This document shows, in pieces, positions 27,501 through 39,500 of a stretch of DNA of 64,000 nt (position 1 is the stretch's first letter; the number at the start of each line of letters is the position of its first letter). The notes beneath the pieces are model-generated. The model was not told where the DNA came from. It saw only the letters and a list, made by a program, of their open reading frames with translations, and made no database searches. Source of the stretch: Tubulanus polymorphus (taxonomy: Eukaryota > Animalia > Nemertea); contig NC_134029.1 of NCBI RefSeq assembly GCF_964204645.1, positions 19,028,950-19,092,949 on the forward strand. The letters run 5' to 3'. The position numbers were made by a program, and so were the translations under genes.

Positions 27501-30500
27501 ATTACTTGTCTCAGAAGTAATTAGTAATAGAATACTATGCATAAATTAGTATTTGCTCATTTCTTTCAGGACTTGAAGAGTAGAGTCGAAATAGATTGAA
27601 ACGTGAATCATTTAAATAAAATCATCTAATTGTCTTGAAGATTTTGATAGTTGTGTTTTATATATCATTGAAATGATTTCACTGAATGATTTTTTTCAAT
27701 ATGCGTGAGTTGACGCACTAAGGTGACTACAATATGAAGCAACGTAATCAGAAATTAAGTCTATGATTTTTTACATTTTGCTAATTCCTGTGCTCAAGTA
27801 CCATCGTTCGGCCACTTAGCATTTGGTTAATACCTAACATTTGGTTTATATCTAATATAGATTACTAAACTAATGATGATTTAATAGCAGACTGATGACA
27901 GATGTCCGACTAGACTTTTCAGCGAACCTTTGTTTAAGCAGAGGTCATAAAATCAAATCACTATACATGATAGATGATTTACTATGCTTGGATGTATGCC
28001 TGTACCAAGGCACTGAATGGAAGTTGAAAATGATCCAAATAAGGGAACCAGGTGGTTTTGACTGATATAATAGTCAGTCTTACACCATTCAAAATAAGTT
28101 AATATTCATATAACTACTTCAAATGAGAATATTTCTAATTTTCCTGAATTTATATACATTATTTTAGAGAAAAGTTGATTGAATTTTTCAAGCGTATGTA
28201 AGATATACTGCTCCGGGGATCACGAACTACAGTAAACCTGGCCTAACTCGGGACCAACTGAAACTGGTGAAATTGGTGCAAGGCAAGCGGGGATCCTGAA
28301 GTCCAAGTTAAGGATAGGAAAATACGTTAGGAAGTCACAAAAATGATTCCCCTTCATCCAAGTTAGTCAAAAGACCAAGGTGGCCCAAAGCCGATGTATC
28401 CATGCTTGCCACAGTAGCATTGGAGGTTCCGGGCGGGTGGTCATTAGCAATGAACTATCAACACAACCGAATTTGAAAACCTTCAAACGCGGTTTTTAAA
28501 TATAGGAAAAACGCCGCCGGCAATTCTCTCTCTCTCTCTCTCTATCTCTGTCTACAGAATCGATTATTAAAAATCTATACACATTTTAGAAACGATTCCC
28601 GAGGCAAGTTCAATTAACGGCAGCTCTACTTAATAATACACGCAGAATTCGGAGCGCATTTCTGTTTCCCTGCAGTCACGAAAAACGAAAAACTGCTGTC
28701 GTCGTCAACATCGACGGGAAAACACGCGACGATAGCGACTACGTTCGTCGTCTCATCGCATTAGCGCGTATCGATTCGTCGTAGAAATGCAGCGATTTTC
28801 AAAAAGCCCGAAAGCGATACGTCGAGGTGTTGCGTATTAACGTATTATCGATCGGGAACCGTTGTTTTCCCCGACTATTCCCGGACATGCAAGTTGTTTT
28901 CCCTGACCTGATCTGCTAGGAATCCGATCAATTAAAGCCCAGCGCACATCGACACTGCGATTGGAGACAACTAGTTGCAAGGCAGTTTTCGGCGCATGAG
29001 AGGAACTGGCTGGATACGATCAGTTGCTTGAATGTGTCGATGTGAGCGAGCTTACGATTGGTAAGCGTCGATCTATCTCCAGTTCCAGCCAGTTGCCCAT
29101 GTTCTACTTTTGAGCAACTGGTTGTACTCAATCGCAGTCATATCCGTCGATGTGCGCGCTCTGGATCTCGACGATCGACATGCGCCATGCAGTTGCTGCA
29201 ACTGACCCGTTGTAACTAGATTCCGATGTGCGCGGGGTAATCGTTCGGTAGCAACTAGTTGTCTCCAATCGCAGTGTCGATGTGCGCTAGGCTTAAAGCC
29301 CCGAACACACTATGCGATTTTTCGCTGCGAACTTATTCGCGGCGAATTTCGCGGCCAATTTATCGCACAGAGCGGAGCGGACACACCTATGCGATCAGCT
29401 GTTAGCGACCTCATGCGGAGTTCGTGGTCATGTGATCAAACAGATGGCTGCGTCCAGGAAACTTAAAATTGTTGTTGTTGTTGCTGGTCATTGATTGGTT
29501 CGATTTCAAGTGGTTCGCTGTGAAATTCGTATCTCACGGTCACACTGTGCCAAAATATTCGCTGCGATCAAATTCGCAGCGAAAATATCTAACATGTTTG
29601 ATCGGTGCGATTTTCGCATGCGACGGATCGCACGCGTAAATCGCCTGCAACTGACTGAACACACTATGCGAATTTCGCTACGAAATCTGTAATCGCAGAC
29701 GTGCGAATAAAATCGCTAAGTGTGTTCGGGCCATCAAAACGTAAACGAACACTATCGAGCAATCTCAACTAATTTCCAGATTTTTTCCTTCAAGTACACA
29801 CACCAACAATAAGAAATTTCTTCCAACCCACTGATAGGGTTAGTTACGTGGCAATGAAAAAAAACAAGCGTTTGCTTTTGTTTCGGAAAAAATATCGCGC
29901 AGCACAGGCCATGTAGCTAACGAACATCAACTAGCTATTCATTAGGTAATGAATGGAGTATGCGATCATAGCCATTCCGACAAAAGGCAGTCGCCAGTCG
30001 CGTGATATTTTAAAAAATGAGCAATCCAGGTTAATTTTTATCGCAGAAAAGTATCACTGTTGGCACGATTTCATCAAAAATTGCTCGACGCTCGCTCGTA
30101 GTCGTTTGACCCAGACAAATTTTTAACGGAGGAAGCCATTTTGGCGCGCTTTTTTTTTCTTCAAAATTAAGTTCAACAGCACCCACGCGAATACAGTCAA
30201 ACCTGCCTAATTCGGAGATCTAAATATATATATATCTACGTAAGTAGGCCTATAGGTGGGCTAAGCCAGTTTAACAGTGTATTAAAAGAATTCCACGATA
30301 TGCAGGCATATTTAACTAACATCATCTTAGTTCAATAGCAACTTAAGACTTCTAGTCTTAAGATTTTAAGAACACTTCTAACTAAGGTCACGTTTGCGCT
30401 GCAAATGGGTCTGCAGAAGTCTTTACTGTCAAAGTCAAAAACATTTTCCTAAATCAAGTAATATAGGATTTCCCGGAATTTTTCAAAATCTATAATCAAG

Positions 30501-33500
30501 CCATGAAATACGAAAATTCATTATTGATCAAATCTAGAATTCATTTAAGCACTTTAAATAATTCATTTAACCACTTGAAATAAGTTGTTACTGGTGGAAG
30601 GACCAGAGCGCAAAAAATTTATCGCGCAAAATTTCGCAGCGCAAAAATCAAGTACTTTTCAGCGTTTTCACCAGAAAAGTAAGCGCGCTAGTAATCAGGG
30701 CTCTTCCTAGATTTCAACATACGTAAGCACTTTTCAGACTTCGTCAGACTCGCCACAATCACCGTGATGATTAGAGATGTAAATTAACAATCGCATGAAT
30801 GACTTGACCCTGTCCGATATACTCGAATAGGAATATATACGTATCTAGTGTATGTATGTACGTACCTGCGTAGAAGCTGTTTATCAACTTCAGTATAAAA
30901 CGGCCAGTCGAGTTGTACCTCGTTGTACAACGATTTCGTCAGCATGAACGTGTTGTCGCGAGCGTTCAACGACGCCACCTGTTGGAGAATCGAGCCCAGG
31001 CAATTCTTGTCCTTCTCTCGGATTCCATCTGAATGAAAAGAGATGCACAGCTTATTATACATAGCCACGAAGACGTCGCATCCACAGATACGAATAGGCA
31101 GGGATTAGACCCCGAGCCGAAGTTGGCCCGTGCCTAAGTAGAGAACGCGTGCAAACATAAACCACTCACTTGATACTAAACCGAGGAAGGAGTCACTTCC
31201 GGAACCAGTTGCGTTTACATGCAATAATTTTACCCACGCTAAAATTTTGCACGGGCTGGCCCGAAATTTTTCAGTTCGGCAATTTAACCCAGGTCAAAAG
31301 ATCACGGGCCCTTTTGGAACTTGTGTGAATGTTTGGCCTAATCTAGTACGGACCAAAAACGTAGTCGGGGCTTAACGAAATTCTCACTTGCACAATTTAA
31401 GTCTTATCTCATAAGCTTCAAAAGCTCAGAAATGAAAAACTGGCTCAAGTCCATTATAGTATTAAATAGTTCCATCAGAGACTTATCACATTGGACTGGT
31501 ATTTGGAATTAATCCGCCAATATTGGACTGATTGAATCTTACGACATTACGCCATAGGGACGTGCGGCTCAACTCCAGAACAGGTAAAAGTAGAGATCTA
31601 TCAATCCTAAATATCGGCCGATTCTACTCGTCGACGATGTCTACAACCCCGATTGTCGACCGATTTTACTCGTCGACAATGTATACAATCATGTTTATAC
31701 AATCTTATATAGAATGGCTGGGATCGAGGGGCTGCATGTGTGCGTGGATTACGCTTATATAGAATGGCCGGGATCGAGGGGCTGCGTGTGTGCGTGGATT
31801 ACTCTTATATAGAGTGGCCAGGATCGAGGGGCTGCGTGTGTGCGTGGATTACGCTTATATAGAATGGCCGGGATCGAGGGGCTGCGTGTGTGCGTGGATT
31901 ACTCTTATATAGAGTGGCCGGGATCGAGGGGCTGCATGTGTGCGTGGATTACGCTTATATAGAATGGCCGGGATCGAGGGGCTGCGTGTGTGCGTGGATT
32001 ACTCTTATATAGAGTGGCCAGGATCGAGGGGCTGCGTGTGTGCGTGGATTACCCTTATATAGAGTGGCTGGGATCGAGGGGCCGCGTTTGTGAGTGGATC
32101 ACCCTTATATAGAGTGGCTGGGATCGAGGGGCTGCGTGTGTGCGTGGATTACTCTTATATAGAGTGGCCAGGATCGAGGGGCTGCGTGTGTGCGTGGATT
32201 ACCCTTATATAGAGTGGCTGGGATCGAGGGGCCGCGTTTGTGAGTGGATCACCCTTATATAGAGTGGCTGGGATCGAGGGGCCGCGTGCGTGCGTGGATC
32301 ACCCTTATATAGAGTGGCTGCGTGTGTGCGTGGATCACCCTTATATAGAGTGGCTGCGTGTGTGCGTGGATCACCCTTATATAGTGGCTGGGATCGAGGG
32401 GCCGCGTGTGTGCGTGGATCACCCTTATATAAAGTGGCAGGGATCGAGGGGTGGTGTGTGAGTGGATTACCCTTATATAGAGTGGCTGCTATCAAGGGGC
32501 TGCGTGTGTGTGTGGATTACCCTTATAATGAGTGACCGGGATCGAGGGGCTGCGTGTGTGTGTGGATTACCCTTATAATGAGTGACCGGGATCGAGGGGC
32601 CGCGTGTGTGCATGGATTACCCTTATATAGAGTGGCTGGGATCGAGGGGCTGCGTGTGTGCGTGGATTACCCTTATATAGTGGCTGGGATCGAGGGGCTG
32701 CGTGTGTGTGTGGATTACCCTTATAATGAGTGACCGGGATCGAGGGGCTGCGTGTGTGTGTGGATTACCCTTATAATGAGTGACCGGGATCGAGGGGCCG
32801 CGTGTGTGCGTGGATTACCCTTATATAGAGTGGCCGGGATCGAGGGGCTGCGTGTGTGTGTGGATTACCCTTATAATGAGTGACCGGGATCGAGGGGCCG
32901 CGTGTGTGCGTGGATTACCCTTATATAGAGTGGCTGGGATCGAGGGGCTGCGTGTGTGCATGGATTACCCTTATATAGAGTGGCTGGGATCGAGGGGCTG
33001 CGTGTGTGTGTGGATTACCCTTATAATGAGTGACCGGGATCGAGGGGCCGCGTGTGTGCGTGGATTACCCTTATATAGAGTGGCCGGGATCGAGGGGCTG
33101 CGTGTGTGCATGGATTACCCTTATATAGAGTGGCTGGGATCGAGGGGCTGCGCGTGTGCATGGATTACCCTTATATAAAGTGGCTGGGATCGAGGAGCTG
33201 CGTGCTTCCATCAGTTGATTTTCACAATCAGGATTGTAGACATTGTCAATGAGTAGAATCGGTCGACAATCGGGGTTGTAGACATTGTCGATGAGTAGAA
33301 TCGGTCGACAATCAGGATTGTAGAAATTGTCGACGAGTAGAATCGGTCGACAATCGGGGTTGTAGACATTGTCGACGAGTAGAATCAGTCGACAATCGGG
33401 GTTGTAGACATTGTCGACGAGTAGAATCGGTCGCAGCCGAAATACTCCTTTTCTATAAATGTATCTTTGAGCGGGGAACTATTCCACGCTATAATGGACT

Positions 33501-36500
33501 TGAACCGAAAAACTCAGACCTCTTGAAAAAAAAACAACTATTCGATTGTTGTTGTTATTGAAAGTATGAAGTGTCCGGGTGACAACCAACAACAATTAAA
33601 ACTAGTATCTGAGCTTGATTTCTTCGCGATATCTAACCCTAACTGTTCTTTTACAAAATTATGAAGTGCCCCTTTTACAAAAAATGCAATCAACCAACCC
33701 CCTTGGTGACAAATTGATATTTTCCATTTCCATGGATTGGTGCACATCAGTTGCACTCATATAACAGTAGGGTTCCACATGTGTTTAAGAAGGAAATAAT
33801 CAAGGATATGATCATCCACGAGCTACTCACCTCTCTGAAGTCTGGCTATTAACTCTGGCTTTTTATAGGGTCTCACAGCGAGCAAGTGTATCACTCGATC
33901 TCTGTAAAATATAAGAATAGAAAAGATAATGAAAACTTGGTTTAGAAAGCGTGAATAAAATGCATTGTACACATATTATATTGCAAGATACCATCTGAAA
34001 TAATTTATAGAATTTCTATATTTTCATTTCCACCTATAGTAAGAGCGAGTTTCACCATTCTAAAAGCTAGGGGCAGACGAGCGTATTTTTTCGCCCGATC
34101 GTGACAATTAAATTCATATTATTCTAAATTATATACCCCATGTAGCGATCAAACCAAAGTTCCAACAGCGAACGCCGCTCAGTGAAGGCGAATTAACAAA
34201 TCAGATGATATCAATAATGCATCCTACTGGTTGATAAAAATTTATCAGTTGGCAGAATAAGGGCAGACAAGGGAATTTGCTGCTGAATCGCCGAAAATAT
34301 CAAAAACGTTTGATACGGGCGATTCACCGGACGATCGAGACAAAACCTTCGTCACCATGAATACAGTCAGTTTCTCTGGGCGATAAACGAATTCGCCCCG
34401 ATCGTGCGAAATATACTACCGCGCAACCCTACCCACTCGTGAATGAACGAGTGGATTAAAATTAGCTCATTTATGAATTTATTCACTAGGCATATCTGGG
34501 TCTAGGTTAAACGTTAAGCTAGGACTAACGCAATATTCCCCAGTATTCACAGCTAAACAAATATCAATTGACACTTTACAATATTGAAAATACCGAGTTC
34601 TAAATGTCCCACTTTCCATATCTAAAGCAGCACTCAGGTCGCCCTACGACGCGACGAAACTGAAGACCACGAGTTGTAACCGCGCTCAGGTCGCTTACAA
34701 CTAGAACTAGAAGCGACCGGCAGCAACGGGATTGAAACGTTCAACGCTAATCAGTGCGCGCTCAGGTCACCCTTCGACCGTCGCTGCAACGCGCGATTCA
34801 ATTGATCATGTGATCTGTTCAAAATGGCGCCGCCCAAGTTCAATTGATCATGTGATCTGTTCAAAATGACTATAGTACTTCCCTACAACGCGGAAATCGG
34901 TTGCAGTAGCGCTCAGGTCGACAAAAACGCTGTACAACTAGTGGTAGTCGCTGCGACGCGTTGCTGAAAGTTCAACATGTTCAACTCATAGCGACTGGCA
35001 GTTTTTGCGTCGCCGACCCGTCGCTGTCAGTTGTAGACGCGCTCAGGTCGCCGCGACTGGGAAAAAACCAGTCGCTGACGATCGCTGCCAGTTGCTCGAA
35101 CCAATCGCTTCTAGTTGTAGTTGCAGTTGTAAGGGCGACCTGAGTGCCCCATAAAGGTTTCTGCGAAAATTCAAATTCATGCCAATAATGTTAAGGCCGT
35201 GCATATTGGAATACGCTTCATGCAGATATCAGATAATAATAATATATCAGGCTAACGGGTATATCCAATATAAAACCCTCGGGTCCATAAAACACTGATA
35301 TGAATAATCATTCATCGACTTATCAAGAAATTCTATCTACCCTAACGATTTCAAACGTGAGAGATCAATACAATAAACCCTATGCCATCGCTCTGTTATT
35401 TGCTGTCATAGAAATTTTTTCTGCAAACTAAGCAAAATAGACAGATAAAGTCTGAATGATAAAATCGTCACTTTCACACGAATACAAAAACAATCGCGCG
35501 TTCGCTCGTTTGGCGTAATCATGCAAATTGACCATAACGTTCAAGCGGGTTTTTTTCGGGGATAAAAAGTTGTCATGAAATTTCCATAACCTGATTTCCG
35601 CGGTTCTATTGAATATCGTCAAAGGAATACCCGAATCGGAAATGATTGTACGACGTATTGGGTAAAACCAAACTCATTCTCATTAATGGAGACATACAGG
35701 TTGGGATAGTGGCGGCGCTATCGAGAGGGGAAGGAGGGGAGGTAGGTAGGGAGGGGAGGTAGGTAGGGAGGAAGAGAGGGGAGGTAGGTAGGGAGGTCGG
35801 AAGAGAGGGAGGTAGGGGAGAGAAAGGGAGAGAGAGAGATCACTTCTCATTCAGACAAGTTCTTCGAAATGTTTGCTATTAGGAAAAACCCATTATTGAT
35901 TAAACCCGGGTTTTAGAAGAATTTAACTTCCGTTCCCACAAAACCCCGCATATTCTGTAGGGCAGGACGGTAAAACCCGTGTTCAATGGTAAATGGTCTT
36001 TTCAATCCTTCGCAACCATGTACCCCATTGCGCATGCGCAGACTTAAAAAAACAAAATGGCGGTTCTTTCAACCGCAGTTGAGATCAATTTCTCAGAAAG
36101 TCCAGCGTATTGGCGCATGTGCAGTGCGGTACATGGTTGTAAGGGATTGAACAGACAGGGTGCCACAATTGACCTTGACCTTGAACTGCACACGTAGATC
36201 CGTGCTACGGGAGATGAGTTTAACGTAGCGCTTCTCGCTGAGAACGCGGGTTTTCGTCGAATCCAAATACCTCAAAACCCAGGTTCAATGAGCTAGTGGA
36301 CCTGGCCCGATATGGCCCTTTTTTTAAAAAGTTGCTTTGATATACAGAACTGACATTCAAATGCTCGCTATCTCATTATCTGTGTGCGAATATATTCGAG
36401 TAGTGAATGTCATCCTCACATGAATGTTGACAAAAGAGAGACATCTGTTACGATCATTCACGGGTCATGAAGTTACACACATAAATTGAATTAAAAGGAC

Positions 36501-39500
36501 AACAATTTTTCACAGGTTAGCTAGTGGCAACTACAGGGTCGCGCAGGTGGAGTTAACACTTTAAGTCCAAAAAAGATATATTTCTATAGCTTTTCAAGGG
36601 CCTGAAAAAAATTCCCCATTTTCCAAAACTATCAGAAACGCATGTAAGAACCTGGGGCCAGTTGCACAGTTGTGACTTAAGTCAAAAAGTGGTCTTAAAT
36701 CTTAAGACTGTACTTAAGTTGTTAGATTGGCTATAGAACTTAGTTGGTCTTAGACTGGTCTTAAGTCTAAGCCATGACTATGCAACTGGCCCCTGGGGCT
36801 GGTTTTTCAGTCATGACTCAAGTCCAAAAGTGGTCTTAAATCTTAGGTCTTTAAGTCTTATACTGGTTTTAAGTCTAAGCCATGACTATGCAACTGACCC
36901 CTGCACAGGGTTTCCAACAGTAAAGCTACAATAAAAAGAAGTACTAAGGAGGACTTTTTCGGCAATTTTGGGCCCAAAGGGAAGGACTTTTTTTGACACG
37001 GAAAGAAGTTCTTTCCAGTAAAATGAGGACCCATAAGGAAGCATTTAAGGAAGCATTTTCACAATGCCTTCACCAGAATACTAGTAATGTAGACCAGTCA
37101 TACATTCAAAGGTAATTCCATAACGATTTCCTGTACATCCAATCTTACTGACACTTGAATTACAAGGGCTAAGTAATAAAATGCTTCAGTCGAAGTGCGA
37201 CAAAATTGCACACGAAAAATACATAAAATTCAAATTTGGAAGGACTTTTTCATCAAATAGAAGGACTGAGAGTAAAAAAGAAGGACAAAGATGATGTTTG
37301 TCCAAAATATTTCCAAAAAAAAGAAGGACTTGGAAGGCCCGCTGGAAACCCAAGCTATACATCTTTCTAATTTTCAATTAGACCAACGAATGAATCAGAC
37401 AGGTTGATTGGAGTTTACACCAGTTCACTATGACATCATCATTGCGCTGCCGGTTATTATGACCCGCGGAGATAAAAAGCCATAAATACGTCTCGACAAT
37501 AACTCGGCGGCTGCGCGCGACAACATACAGCCTAATCCCATAAAACATTTCCAGGAAACGGAACCATTTTCAGAAGAATCAGCATCGAAAAATAGAAACT
37601 TTTGTCATACGCAGCAGACGGAATAAATAAAATATATATACGTAGTGACCCTAGAAAGTAGTGCGCACCCCCTTTTTATATATATATGCTCAACATCACG
37701 ATGCATATACAGGGTTTCTAGCGCTATAAGGCCAGGACAAAAAGAAGTAGGCCTACAAGATGGACTTTTTCCGAAATATTTGACTAAGAAAGAAGTATCT
37801 TCCAGTAAAATGAGGACCCATAAGGAAGCATTTACGTAATGCCTTCACCAATTAAAAGACATATGCAGCTCAATTTTTCCCATTAAAACAAACTGTTGAA
37901 TTCGCGACAAAAAAATCAAATTTGGAAGAACTTATTCATCAAAAGGAAGGACTAAGAGTCAAAAAGAAGGACAAAGATGACACATGCCCAGACTTTTTTC
38001 AAAAGCAGGACAAAGAAGGACTTTAGAAACCCTGATTTATTATCACCCAGATTTAATCAAAATGTAGAACGATCAAAATGCAGACGATCCAACTATCATC
38101 TACTAGCGAACCCGGAACGTAGAATCATTGATTGCAGCAGTAGCACCGCGGGTACCCAATTGTCTGCAGTTCAAAATAAACTACAGTCTCATCCGGAGTC
38201 GGAGTTTTTGTCATCAACTTCATTGAGGACTCGGAACTGGAAGACGCAGATCACCAATGGAATCTGCGACACGTATTAACCACCCTGAATATCGAGCTAG
38301 TTCCCCGTTACTATACCAGTCACCGACTGGGTCAATGATGCATCAATTCATCTTCCCATACGCCTGCTCAGAAATGAAATAACCACAGCATATTTCACTC
38401 AAAACAGTGCAACAGTGCAACATGACACTAGTTTTTTTTTCTTCAGATGATATCGGTCACAATACAACCGTACACATATAGATATCGTAACACTCTTTTC
38501 AGTTATTACTACTCTGATAAATCAGTAACTATTGGTCCAGTAATATCCACTTGGAGAACTGCTTCGTGACAATCTGACAATTACACATTAGTCATGAGCA
38601 ACAACTGTGTAATTCATTGTGATAACCTTGGAACCAATAATACGTCACCTTGACATAGGCCTAAGTCAATGATAGATATCTACTATTTAATACGGAAATA
38701 TTCTATATATCTCATTAAATACAATGCTCAATAATGATTATCAAAATAATAATAATGTACATGTGTATGGAAAAACCATGTTATTCCACAATTCAATCGC
38801 ACAACAATGCGGCCATCTAGAATCTAATTAGGCCAGTTTTTGGGCGACAGGTGTGTTTAGGGAAGATACACGTATGAACATTATATTAAGATAATCCATT
38901 TAAGTGTCTTCAAAACATCCCAAAATATTTGGATTCTGTACGGACGGACTGACAGACGCATGAATAGCCCACTGGGACTGTACCATTAGGGCTAAAATCT
39001 GATATTACACCCTTTCGACTGAACTGACTGAACTATCATCAACATTTGATGAGTTAAAGATCAATGTCAAATGTTTGAGCTAGTGGATGGCAATTCTTGA
39101 CTGACTCTCGCGCTACCAAATCGCAAGACTCACAACAAGATTCTGCGGCCGATTTATTCATAGAATAGGATTTCCTTATTCTAGCCATTAATAGGTCGAT
39201 TTTCGTACGAATTCGCACCACAAAAATTCAGACACCGAGCAGCGTTTACCCGATCCGATACACAGAAGACACGTATGACTTGCGTCAAGCGGCAAAAATA
39301 TAGTATACACTAGCCAGTTTAATTCGTCTCTTAATTGACACTAATTTAGACACAACAGGAATACGGCGTAATAACCGAAAACGCTCAACAACGAAATTGG
39401 ATATCATTATGAGGTTCCATACAAGCGTAACTTTCATTCGACTATAGTTTTTTTCATAAAATACCAACATAATTGACACGCAAGAAATCCCTATGCTCTG

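Larger units (their letters stand above)
31442..33506. mobile_element. Non-autonomous TIR DNA transposon, 2065 bp, with 8-bp TSD GAAAAACT, nested inverted 42-bp arrays and an internal minisatellite
   Basis: TIR GGCTCAAGTCCATTATAG..AATAGTTCC (31442-31473) versus GGAACTATT..CTATAATGGACTTGAACC (33475-33506). GAAAAACT occurs at 31434-31441 and 33507-33514. No transposase ORF. Confidence 0.85.

Noticed and set aside
32205-33178. Repetitive ORFs (LYKGDPRTHAA, GSRGCVCVWITLI and similar)
   Set aside because: These are translations of the 50-bp minisatellite in several frames, with no splice or domain support.
31615-33433. CRISPR-like appearance of regular repeats
   Set aside because: Units are contiguous tandem copies with no unique spacers, there are no cas genes, and the context is a eukaryotic intron.
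35900-36290. Degenerate inverted ends AACCCGGGTTTT / AAAACCCAGGTT around TGCGCATGCGCA and AAAATGGCGG motifs
   Set aside because: Probably an old MITE, but ends and TSD are too decayed to call. The NRF1/YY1-like motifs alone do not establish a promoter.
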